Shown here: positions 36,201 to 47,927 of the stretch, in pieces
Numbering within the stretch: the stretch's first letter is position 1
Layout: every line of letters begins with the position of its first letter
Position numbers and translations under genes: made by a program
The notes under the pieces: model-generated
The model's database searches: none
What the model saw: the letters and a program-made list of their open reading frames with translations, nothing else
What the model was told of the DNA's origin: nothing
Source: Gekko japonicus
Taxonomy: Eukaryota
DNA length: 64,000 bases
Direction: 5' to 3'
NCBI RefSeq assembly: GCF_001447785.1
Contig: NW_015163620.1
Coordinates: 580,383-644,382 of the forward strand

Positions 36201-38363
36201 NNNNNNNNNNNNNNCCCCCGCGTCTACTCAATCCTGTTTTTTGAGGATTGAGTAGACGCGGGAAAAATCGCACTAAGCTGCGGAGCAAAATGCAGCCGCA
36301 CAGTAGCTTGTGTGAAATTGACATGTACCATCAGGGCAAAAGGGAAGAGCGAGCGCGGAGCAGCGCTTGTGGAAATTGATCTGAGTGTCTGTTGTGGGGA
36401 GGGGAAGGGAAAGGAAAGGAGATTGTAAGCTGCTCTGAGACTCCTTCAGGTAGTAAAGGGTGGGGTATAAATCCAATCTCTTCTCTTCAACTATTTCTAA
36501 TTATTATTATTTATCATTTATTCCATTGGTAATTGTTTTCAACTATGGATTATTTCTTTCTACAGGTTTCCTCAAGTGATTCTTTGTATTTGGTTTGTGT
36601 GTCTGAAGTAGCATTCAGGCTATTATTATGCTCTTCCACAACTTCTGTTCCACCCACTGGGTCTTGTACTAGAGATGGATTGTTTACTGCCTTAGGAAAA
36701 TGTTAGATAATTTCCGGCACAATGCATATTAAATAGGGTTGCCAGCCCCCCACCGCCAGGCCTCACTATACTGCCACCAATCAGCTGTCCAGCTAGGGGG
36801 AATTACTCAGAAAGAGAGTGAGGCCCAGTCAGCATTGCAGCAACATGTCTATGTTACTTCCAACGTGACCAGGAAGTGACATCATCACATCAGTGATGTC
36901 AAGGTGACGCTCTGGTATTTGGGCAAAAACACTATGAGGTGATGTCAAGGTGACGCTCCAGTATTTGGGCAAAAACACTATGGTAGAAGCCAAATTTACC
37001 ATAGATTTTTTGCCCAAATATCAGTGTGTTGCCCCAATATTGCTGTGTGATGACATCACTTCTAGGTCACATTGGAAGTGATGTAGACATGTCACTGCAA
37101 TGTTGGCTGGGCCTTCCTCCCACTCCTGGTAAGTCCCCCCTCCATCCCTTGCCAGTTGCCAGGAGGGACCTAGATACCCATTTATTAAATCACATCTTTC
37201 CCATAACTAATAACTAATCACAAATGGTTAACAGTTTTTAAAGAACCATTTCTGTAGATTATATCAGATTTTCCTGTTTTGTTTTGAGCCAGTGGCTGAA
37301 AGTTTATGCATTTTACCTTTCAGTAGTCTGGAGTTTACATCCCAGATCTGGCGATGCTATCTGTATTCATGGGTGGGTGAGGCAGGGACTTCCCATCTGC
37401 TCAGAATAACTCAAACTTCTTAGTACTTTGAAATGTGGGTTTCTGTTTATGAAATGAGGGGGAGACAACAGATGGTTCTGCTGAGTGGACAGCTTTCAAG
37501 ATTTAAACAGAAACATTTTGAAAGTATAAATGGTACTTGAATGCTTAAATATATTTCTCCTAATAATCAAGCTATTTGTAACTATTCAGGTAGGGACACA
37601 AAACACTGTTATACAGACAGACTGTCCACAATCCTGCAGCTAGTAACCATGCATGGATTGGATTCTGTGTGATCAACACAACACTAAACTCCAAACTCTA
37701 AAATAACTGCAGACCAAGATCTACTGGGGAAAAGGGGCTGTTTGTTAATTCATATAGGTAATTACTAACTTGCTTTTGTATTTCAGAATGAAATGCCCAG
37801 GGCCTCTTACAAGAACAAAATAAAATCCTAAGTAATAAAAATAATAATATCAAAGCAGAAAATTTTCACTTAATAAATAAATACAGCATCATAAACAATA
37901 AAAATCACAAGAAAGGGGCTGGGCCAAGGTAATCCAAGGAATTTATAAATGAGTGGAAGTCTTTCAGGCCCTTTAATCCCATGCCATATGGAGTTTTAAA
38001 GGGCAACAAACTTGTAGTTATAGAATTTATAATCTAAAGACACTATCTTATAGTAGACAGTGTTAAGCAGTCATTTGAGGCCTTGGCTTAAGATCACATG
38101 AAATTTAATTCTAGTACAAGGCTTAGAGACTGCTGTATAAAACATTTCAGTTGCTCTTCACATTAAAGTTGTTTCATTCTTATGCTGTTAGTCTGTGGAC
38201 CCAAAAATGTTGCAATGCTGGTGTCTGAACTACACCCAGGAACAAACTGAAGTCTAATAAATGCTACCTTTTGGACACATGAAGCTGCCTTAAATTCACC
38301 CTGTTGGTCAGTACTCTGACTGAAAAAGGCTCTCAGGGAACAGCAGGTCTTCACAGCAAGCCC

Positions 38364-38719
38364 AGGTAAGGTAAAGGTAAAGGTTCCCTTGCTCGAAAGC
38401 CGGTCGAATCCGACTCTAGGGTTGCGGTGCTCATCTCCGTTTCAAAGCTGAAGAGCCAGCGCTGTCCGAAGACGTTTCCGTGGTCATGTGGCCGGCATGA
38501 CTAAACACCAAGGCGCACGGAACGCTGTTATCTTCCCACCGAAGTGGTCCCTATTTATCTACTTGCAATTTCTTGCTTTCAAACTGCTAGGTTGGCAGGA
38601 GCTGGAACTAGAGACAGGAGCTCACCCTGTCTTGTGGCACCCGGGTCTTGAACCGCTGAACTACTGACCTTCCACAGCCTGCAGTTCAGCATCTTAACCA
38701 CTTGAGCCACCGCAGCTCC
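38364..38719 (-). mobile_element. Sauria SINE, full length
   Basis: tRNA head ggagctgcggtggctcaagtggttaag...ggttcaagaccc; BovB-related tail; (ACCTTT)n end. Confidence 0.9.
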
Positions 38720-41700
38720 TCAGTTTAGGCTACCACCACCCAATTTTGTGATTATCAAAGTTTGCAGACACTCTTCAAAGGCAGCCCTATGTAGTGCACT
38801 TCAATCTATGATATCCTAGAGCAGCGCCCCTACTTTGCCTAGTCTCATTCTTCAGAGTGGACTCATAGGCAGACACCTGAATGGTCAAGACACCTGCATA
38901 AATTCAGGAATGGATATGATCCAAGAAAGTGACTGTTCACTTCTGAATGTCCTCTTCCGTGATTTATATGTGCATCTTTCCAAGTGGCTGGTCAGTTATC
39001 TTGGTTCACGTTTCTATTGCTAACGTGCTAATTTGGCCTATGACCTTAGGTCACAGTATATGGCTGTTATTAAGTGGATCCTATTAGAGGCTCTTGTGCA
39101 TTTTGTTCTTTCATCAGGTTTGTTTCCCCCCTGTAATCTACAGTTTCACTTATAGGGCCTAACTATACATTATACTGTTTCTAGCTCTGTCCTGAGTACT
39201 GTCAAACCACATGTGCACAGAGGGTTCCACATTGAAACTAAATTCTCAGGCAAGCGGAAGCCTGATTTGGGTTAGGACCACGTTGCTCAGGGAGAGAGGG
39301 TTTCATTACCTGAAGAGTCCTAGAGAGCTGCTATTGGGGAAAATTATGTGTAGCTATCAGTATATGCAATTTTCTCCAGCAAGGAAGATAGCTTGGGCCT
39401 GTTTCAGTGCAGGAAAACCATACAGGGGGAGCCTTAAGCCCTTGTTCTGCATGCATCAGGATCCAAAATAGGCCCCAATTATCTACCTGATAATTAAATT
39501 TTACCATGGAACTCCCAGGGCACATCTTTTCTACAAGGACCAAGGACAAGGTTTGTCAGCCCCAGTTTTCATAGAGATTGGAGGGTGGTGCTTGGGGAGG
39601 GTGGAATTTGGGAAGAGGAAGGAGCTAAGTGGGGATGAGATGGCATAGAGTCCACACTGTGAATCTGCCATATTCTCTAGGGGAACTGATCTATATACTG
39701 TGGAGATCAGCTGTAGTTCTGGGGCAACGCCAGACTACGGTTGCCAGGTCCCTACCTGCTGTCAGGGGGAGGGGGCAGAGCCTCCTTTATGGGATCTTCT
39801 GGCATGCTATGTGCCTGCGCCTCAATGACATCACCCAGAAGTAAAGTCATCATGTTAGGCACGTCACTGGGGGGATGCTCTAGCATTCGGCCAGAAACTC
39901 TATGGTACCATAGAGTTCTTAGGCTGAATGCTAGAGCACCCCCCTGGCAACGTGCCCAGCACAATGACGGCACCTTTGGGTGATGTCATTCCGCCTGACA
40001 TGTTGGTGTGATCCTGGCACTTTGAGGGTGTGGTTCCCCCTGCCAACTGGATCCAGGCCATCGGGGGCCCTAAAGAAGGCAAACCCCCCCCCCAGGGGAA
40101 TGGCAAGCCTACTCCAGTCTCCACTTTGAGGTTGGTAATCCTACACAGGGCCTACCCAAAAACTGTGTGACAAGTACTTAACCCCTTAGTGGACCATTCA
40201 GAAAGTGCATATTCCAGGTGGACTGTAATTTAAAATGATTGAAAATTAAATATGAGAGGGCATGCCTATAAAGAGATTAAAGTATGTGCAGAAGGACAAG
40301 AGGAGGTTCAGTAGCTGAGGACCAGGAGTCCTCATGAACATAAAGGACATTGTGGAAATATCTACGTAGGTTCTTTTCTCCCCTCTATAATGAATCCTGG
40401 AAATGGAAGCACTAATGAAGAACAGAATATGTACTGAAGTGTGGACTTGAGAAGCACGTCTGATGGGTTGGAACAAATTGTTACCAATTAGCAGATAGTT
40501 AAGGCACTGACAATGTTCAGTAAAATTTCATTATTTTGGGACTCCAAGATTTTGGATTTCAACACAGAACCCTGTGCCCCTCTCAGTGCTGGAACATATT
40601 GGGAATGAAAGTTAATAACCACTTTGAGAAGTCTGAAATTTTAAAATGCTCTTCTCTCAAGATCCTCTTATTAATTTCCCTCAAGCTTGCGCAATCAAAT
40701 CCTGAGGAAAAAGGCCAAGGCCAAGCTGATTTTCCTGTGACCTCCATACACAGGCATCAACAGTTCCCCACACTGAAGAAGAACTAGAGTTGCCGCTTCT
40801 GGGTTGGAAAATTCTTAGAGATATGGAGGTAGAGCCTGAGGAGGGCTATATTTGGTGAAGGTAGGAACCTCAGTAGAGTATAATGCCACAGAGTCCACTC
40901 TCCAAAGCAGCCACTTTCTCCAAAGGAACTGATCTCAGGAGATCAACTGTAATTCCAGGAGATCTTCAGGCCCGCCCAGGAGGTGGCAACCCTAGAAACC
41001 ACAGTGCAGTGAGACAGTGTGGTATTGTGGTTAGGATGTCAGATAAGGACTTGGGTGTTCCAGTCCTCACTCAGCTGTGATACTTACTGGGTGATCTTGG
41101 GTCGTTCTCTCAGTCCCAGACTAACCCAATCTACAGGACTGTTGTGAGAATAAAATGGAGGAGGAAGAACTACTTACATTTCACTGAGTTCCTTCCAAGT
41201 AGGAGGACATGCCCCAGGACCACTGAAAGCCACCATCAGTCTCCAGACCAAGATTTCTCCTGATCTCCCGCTCAGAACCCACCTAAACATCATATGAAAA
41301 CAAGTCACATGATTGGCTGTTAGCATCTAGGCTAATAAATGGTTATCTCTGTTTACACCATACATTTTGCTTTCTTCTCGTTCTTTCTTGGTAGCTCTAC
41401 ATGAGCCTGGATCAGTGACTTGTTCAGAAACACATCGGTAACCACCTTTAAGGGTGGAGAATTCTTTCTTACACTGTAGAAGTAAACCTTCCTGGGTGAA
41501 AGGGTGAAGTGTGTCTCTGGTATCAGAAGAGTGGGAAATGCCAGTGCAATCGTAAACCGAATTACATTCTTCTGTTCCATTAGGTTCAACAGGTTTAGAA
41601 GGATGAACTCAATTTGGGATTGTGCTGTAAATTAACTCCACAGCTGTATGTTTCCAAGTTTGAATTCCGGAAAATATGCAGAATATTGCTAAATTCAGAT

Positions 41701-43074
41701 CTGCGTATACTGGAGGTACTTGGCCCTTATCATTATTATTAATAACTTTCAGGGATTTGGTGAATTTAAAGTTCCCACTGTTTCAACTTGGAAATCTTTT
41801 TTTAATGCAAATAGTATTTGCACACCTATTTTATTTAATGCACAAACAGTGTATGATGGATAAATTCTGTAACAATGGCGTGGAAGAGGCATCAAAATGC
41901 CATAAAACAAACAAACACATGGAACAGAAAAAGCAAAACATACCAAAAAAAAGGAATTAAAAGGCCATTTTGCTACAACTTACTCCAACATCAGCACCTG
42001 GCCGTTCTCTGCCTCGGTTTTATGATGAAATGTAGCCTGCCCATTCCTGTTATAGGTCTCCTGTGATCTCCCCTACTGTTCCCATCTGGTCCCCCTTTGT
42101 CATCAAAAGGTCCCCAGAAGCCAGGAACCTCAGGCATTGGCTTTTTTGCTTATGACTGCATATTATTCTAAAAAAACAGGCCTATAAATTTGGTTGCACA
42201 CAATGTGATGTATGCACGTGATATAGCTTTGAACCTAGAGGTTTATATTTGTGCATGGTATCATGTCATAAAACACTCACCAGCCTCTTAAATAAAGTCA
42301 GAACAATATCTGCCATAATGAAGTATAGTTCCAGTGGGCACCAAATTACATCTTAGATATTTCGTTAGTCATCCTTTATGAAGCAAATGTAAAATTGTAG
42401 TGCGGGTAGTGACAGACTCTATAATTCAGCTGTCTGGTGCTTTATCACTGCTCTCAGTAGGTCTCTAATGAATAATTCTGTATGCATGTTTCTGACTGAT
42501 AATCAAACTCAGAACAATTCCTAATTGGGTTTTTCAGGATGCGGAGAAGTGCCTATATTAGCTTGGCAGATGTCCCAACCAATGTTAAATGAAAAGCACA
42601 AACATAACAGATTTCTTTTAATTTTATTCTGTTGGAAATCTGTAAGTGCTTTTTACTGAGTTCTAAGAATATATAAAAAAAGAAAGTTGCACAAACGAGC
42701 ATTGTTGCATAAAGTATTCACATGGGCCAAGAATAAAGAGTGGAATTAAATGGAAACATGAAATGGTTGCTACAGGCTTGATTATTTTCTTGTTTACACC
42801 AGTCAGAAATTACACTACCAGAGTCAGGTTGGCATAAACTGTGAAAGTTCTGGCAAAATGTTGCTTGTTAACGGCTTGGCTAGTTCTTTTGCAAATAGAC
42901 TGGGAGCAACATTTTCACCTTAATCCCTTCCTAAACAACCTTTGTAGATTAAGGAGAATCATTCAAATTCCTTAAACATGTCATCATTCAATAAGAGATT
43001 CTTTAAACTATTTTGTTTTGTCAGCCACAAAGAATATACAGGGACTAGATAAGATATGAAGAGCTTCTGGGAAA

Positions 43075-43221
43075 CCACTTTCACACACTCTAAGTAATGC
43101 AGTTTTCATCCACTCCAGCAAATGTTTGTCAAGTGGATTTTGCCATTTCACACAGTAAAATCCAGTTGCAAAGTGCATTGAAAGTGGATTGAAGGTGCAT
43201 TATTTAGTGTGTGTGAAAGCC
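43075..43221. mobile_element. Short palindromic MITE (Harbinger-like ends)
   Basis: ctttcacacac..taatgca / tgcatta..gtgtgtgaaag inverted ends. Confidence 0.55.
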
Positions 43222-44087
43222 AAGAACTGTACGAGCTACATATGAAATGGCTTCACTTCAGCAGTCTGAGGTGCTCCAGGCTCTCTGTCTTCTGAGCCCA
43301 CAGCAATTCTGCCTTATGGTCACCACCACTTCTTTTGTTTATATAAAAAAAAATTGTGTGTATCATTCCTATGTAGCCTAACCATGTTACATGATTAGAT
43401 ATCTTTTTCAGTGAACATGAATCACTGGATTATCATGATTTATAAATGGGCTAGCTGAACGAGGTCATAGGATGTGTTACCCAGAGTCTGCATGGGGTAA
43501 TGCATCTCGTCCCCTCCACGTCATGTATGATGGACTGGCTACATGGCAGACCTGTTCATGCCATTTTTTGAAAGAGGGAAATTGTGTGTTTGCAGGAAGG
43601 CACAGCTCATAGGTATGATGGAGGGTAGGGAGACACACCACTCTTTTATCCATCCAGGGCTTGGATTCTTTTCTAGGAAAGGAGTTTGTAAACCGCGGGG
43701 TATAAATCCAATCTCTTCTTCTTCTTCTCTTCTAGGAAGCAGCATTAGTACATATGTAGAGTAACTGAATCAACTTCATTAGAATTGTTTGTTACTGTTA
43801 CTAAATGTGTGATGACTAAAATTTACATAATTGGCACACATTTACCTGTATTAAAATAGATTTATACTCTGCTGTTGTTAAGAAGTTCATCAAATGGGGC
43901 ACATACCCTGGAGCTCTTAGGACCTCCTTTTCATAAAAGAGCTCTTTGTAAGCCACGGTTTGTTAATGCACAAGGTGACATTTTTCATTTTCATCTTACA
44001 CATAAGATTGCCAGTTTGCTTACTATGGCAGGCAACATCTATATATCTAATTCTCAACAGTCCTCTCTGCATGTGAATACTTCTGCA

Positions 44088-44353
44088 AAGTAACAACAGT
44101 ATATCCTGTGGTTACAATAGCACTACAACAATAGAATAAACAATCACAACAAATACTTCTGATAGATTATATAATCAAAATATAACAGTAGAATTTGAAC
44201 AAAAGTTATGGATCTTGTTCTGCCTGTAAAATGGCATGGAGCACAAACAACTTTCAAATTCTACTGTTATATTTTGATTATATAATCTATCAGAAGTATT
44301 TGTTGTGATAGTTTATTCTATTGTTGTTGTAGTGGGATATACTGTTATGACTT
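44088..44353. mobile_element. AT-rich fold-back element with 9-bp TSD (Mutator/Foldback-like)
   Basis: ~100-bp inverted arms around a ~55-nt spacer; TSD acttctgca/atttctgca. A second copy is at 50192-50443. Confidence 0.65.
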
Positions 44354-44892
44354 ATTTCTGCAAGTAGAGGGCACATGCTCCCCCAACAGGTTTTTCTACA
44401 GACTCAGGGGACTCCATGGGTTTGCAGAAAAATCCAAAAAATAAAATGAAACAAAAAACTCAGGGAGGGTTGAATCCCCCCCAATACCTTTTGAAATGGC
44501 TGCCACAAGGATCTACTCCAGGCCCCGTCGCATTGACAGTGAGAGATAGACTGGCTGATAGCCAGAGAGACATAGACAGAGAGAGATGATGAGTGGGGGA
44601 AGAGGGCAGGAAGCAAAAGCAGAACTGGAGCTGGGATTGGGGAGGAAGAAGAGAGGTGGCAGGAAGAAGGAAAAGTGTGAGAGAAGTAGGGGAGAGGGGA
44701 AGAAGGAGAGGTGGGGGGAATGGGATAGCCGCTCCTGCGGGTCCCCACTTGTCCTGTCCAATTGCCCATGATCCTTGGAGCAGCAAGTGCCAACTGGTGG
44801 GCAAAAAAATCGGTGTCGGTGATGTAGTGATGTCACTTTTGATTTCAGACCTGGAAGTGATGGTAGTGATGTTACAGTGTCGCCATCACCGG

Positions 44893-46198
44893 TTGAAGTC
44901 TCTGCCCCATTTTGCTCCTGGAGATAGCTGGCAACTCTATTTCATGGCTGGTTAGAACTTTTGGAAACTATTTCCCTCCCCTCCATGCTTGCAAAGGGAA
45001 TAAAAGTACTTTCAGGAATCTATCTATATCAATACCTTGCTTTTTAAAACTTTCTTTAACATCAGGTATTATATAATCTCCGATTTGGTGGACAGACTTT
45101 CTTTAGAGCATTGTTATCAGTCCATAAACTTAAACTAGTTCAAGCTAAATATTTTATTTCATAGGTTTTTCTCTTTTTCTACATTCTTCTTGGAAACATT
45201 ACACATTTCACTGTGATGTTTTATAGTGGGTTCCGTGGATGAGCAGGCTCGAGTCTAGTGATCAGCTCAACTTTATTTGTGATTTCAGCAAGATCAAGAC
45301 AAGACTCCAGAGCCTCAGCTCTGTTAAGTAGCATGCAATTGCCACACCCAAACACACCCTACTCCCAGTGATAGACTATTTACATAACATTACTACTAGA
45401 CTGGTTACTTTCAGAATCCTGGTAGGCTATTGTTCTTGTGCTTCAAGCTCAGCCAGTCTCTGGGGTGATTTAATCAGGAATGATTCAATCTGAATACATA
45501 ACAGGAACTATTTCTTTAAGTCCCTTCTTGTTGGAGTCGCGCGGCTTGAAGTCTCTGCCCCATTTTGCTCCTGGAGATAGCTGGCAACTCTATTTCATGG
45601 CTGGTTAGAACTTTTGGAAACTATTTCCCTCCCCTCCATGCTTGCAAAGGGAATAAAAGTACTTTCAGGAATCTATCTATATCAATACCTTGCTTTTTAA
45701 AACTTTCTTTAACATCAGGTATTATATAATCTCCGATTTGGTGGACAGACTTTCTTTAGAGCATTGTTATCAGTCCATAAACTTAAACTAGTTCAAGCTA
45801 AATATTTTATTTCATAGGTTTTTCTCTTTTTCTACATTCTTCTTGGAAACATTACACATTTCACTGTGATGTTTTATAGTGGGTTCCGTGGATGAGCAGG
45901 CTCGAGTCTAGTGATCAGCTCAACTTTATTTGTGATTTCAGCAAGATCAAGACAAGACTCCAGAGCCTCAGCTCTGTTAAGTAGCATGCAATTGCCACAC
46001 CCAAACACACCCTACTCCCAGTGATAGACTATTTACATAACATTACTACTAGACTGGTTACTTTCAGAATCCTGGTAGGCTATTGTTCTTGTGCTTCAAG
46101 CTCAGCCAGTCTCTGGGGTGATTTAATCAGGAATGATTCAATCTGAATACATAACAGGAACTATTTCTTTAAGTCCCTTCTTGTTGGAGTCGCGCGGC
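44893..46198. repeat. 653-bp apparently perfect tandem duplication (44893-45545 / 45546-46198), probably a contig-overlap artefact
   Basis: No differences seen by eye; each copy ends with the first 13 nt of the L1. Confidence 0.85.
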
Positions 46199-46297
46199 GA
46201 TGCCGGTACGATCGGCCGCTTAAACCGCTGCTCCGTGACCCCCCCTCGACGTGTTTAAAGTAACATAACCGAAAAAGCGCACAAAGAAATAAACAGA

Positions 46298-47323
46298 ATG
46301 GGAAAACCGGACGGATCAAATCTACAAAAAAACATACAGAAACCGGGAACTAGATGGTCCTCTACGAAGGATAACAAACTGGAAGCCAAGACGGCTGAAG
46401 GCGGATCGGAGAAAATGGCTGCCGGGAGCGGACAGGTAAAACTGTCAAACATGGACTTTAATATTCAAGAATTGCCCGCACTATTGGAGCGAATGGAGAT
46501 GAGGCTAGGGGATAAAATTCAGACCACCATGGCTCCCATAAACGAACAACTTCAAGAAATACAAACAACACTGAAGATCACCGCCCAAACGGCAGATTCT
46601 GCACTGAGAATAGGCACCATGGCTAAAGGGGAGATAAGGAAGTATGAGTCAGTCAGCAGGGACCGTTTGATTAAAATTGAATCAGAACTCAAAAAATTTA
46701 ACTTGAAACTGAGGGGTGTTCCGGAGGGAGCGGAGAATAAAACAAACATAACCCCACTGCTGCAGGACTGGTTAAGGTCCTTATTTGAAGGGAGCTCCCA
46801 GACGGTCCCGAAATTAAACAGAGCCTACAGGCTCGGAGCCATCAACAACCCCCGCCGACGGAACCCAAGGGATGTGCTGATCCAACTGCCAGACTGGGAG
46901 TCCAGGCTACTAATTATGGCCGAAGTTAGAAGGAGAGGCTTCCTCCCTTTTGATGGCGCACAGGTTTCCGTCTTCCCCGACCTACCTCAGGAAGCTCTGG
47001 CAATCCGTTTTCAGCTGAAGGCCATCACAGCAGCTCTTCAAGCGCATGGAATTAAGTACAAATGGCTGCCCACCGGGAAGCTGCTGGTGATTCATCAGGG
47101 GAAGGCACTGCAGGCGTCGGATGAAGACTCAGGCTTCAAGATCCTTCAAACTCTCAAGATTTCAGAGGACCCGGACTTTAGAAGATCCTTTAAGAGGAAA
47201 CTGCCAGAAACCTCAACCCCTGAGAAGAGCTCCAAGATTCCCATTTGCCCAGTTACTATGCCTGAACCGGAAGACATTGCAGACATCCCACCACTAGAGG
47301 ACTCTAATGAACTCGATGTCTGA
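46298..47323 (+). CDS. L1 ORF1p (coiled-coil, RRM, CTD)
   Basis: 341-aa intact ORF: NLKLRGVPEG, RAYRLG, PRDVLI, VFPDL, IKYKWLP. Confidence 0.9.
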   Translation: MGKPDGSNLQKNIQKPGTRWSSTKDNKLEAKTAEGGSEKMAAGSGQVKLSNMDFNIQELPALLERMEMRLGDKIQTTMAPINEQLQEIQTTLKITAQTADSALRIGTMAKGEIRKYESVSRDRLIKIESELKKFNLKLRGVPEGAENKTNITPLLQDWLRSLFEGSSQTVPKLNRAYRLGAINNPRRRNPRDVLIQLPDWESRLLIMAEVRRRGFLPFDGAQVSVFPDLPQEALAIRFQLKAITAALQAHGIKYKWLPTGKLLVIHQGKALQASDEDSGFKILQTLKISEDPDFRRSFKRKLPETSTPEKSSKIPICPVTMPEPEDIADIPPLEDSNELDV

Positions 47324-47927
47324 GTTAGCGGTGTGTGGGCTGTGGTTTTAAGTAGTTGGAATTTTTTTAAAAAAAAGGTTTTCACTTCTGTTTGGCTTTA
47401 AGTTTTCTGAGGGTTAAGTTAAATACGCTGTTTATTGTAAAATGCTTCTGAGGGAACGGGGGGGGAACGGACATGGAGGCGGCTCTTTTGTTGTTGCCGT
47501 TGGTTAGCTTGCTGTAGTAGTGCTCTGATCGCAGAGCCTCAGGTAAGCGGAGCTACCTCATATTATCTGTTAATTTTTGTTAAACTTGTATTGCAACGGT
47601 TAGGTTTGGTTTACAACTTAGACTTATAGTGTTATTACTGCTTGGGAAAAGGGTAAAGGGAGGGAGGGAGGAAGGGAGGGGGGGAGAAGTTTACCGGGGA
47701 GCACAGTTTCTGAATAGTATTTTAGCAGTCACAGCAAGAGCGTATTCCTGCAAAGTAGGTACAAGTTAGAAATTTTGTAGTGTTGCCCAAAACTCAAGTA
47801 TACACTCATTAACCATATTGTGCCTCCTCTGAAGATCTATTAACGTGTAGTGGGATCCTCCTAGAGGGCATAGCAAGGTGACACATTCCCAGTCTTCACA
47901 CTTTAACACAATTCTGCAAATTCAGCT

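Noticed and set aside
38640-38719. tRNA genes (also ~1215-1280 and 17372-17445)
   Set aside because: A/B boxes are present but there is no complete cloverleaf; these are SINE heads.
45216-45503. Solo LTR on the minus strand
   Set aside because: TG..CA ends and AATAAA are present but no matching TSD was found.
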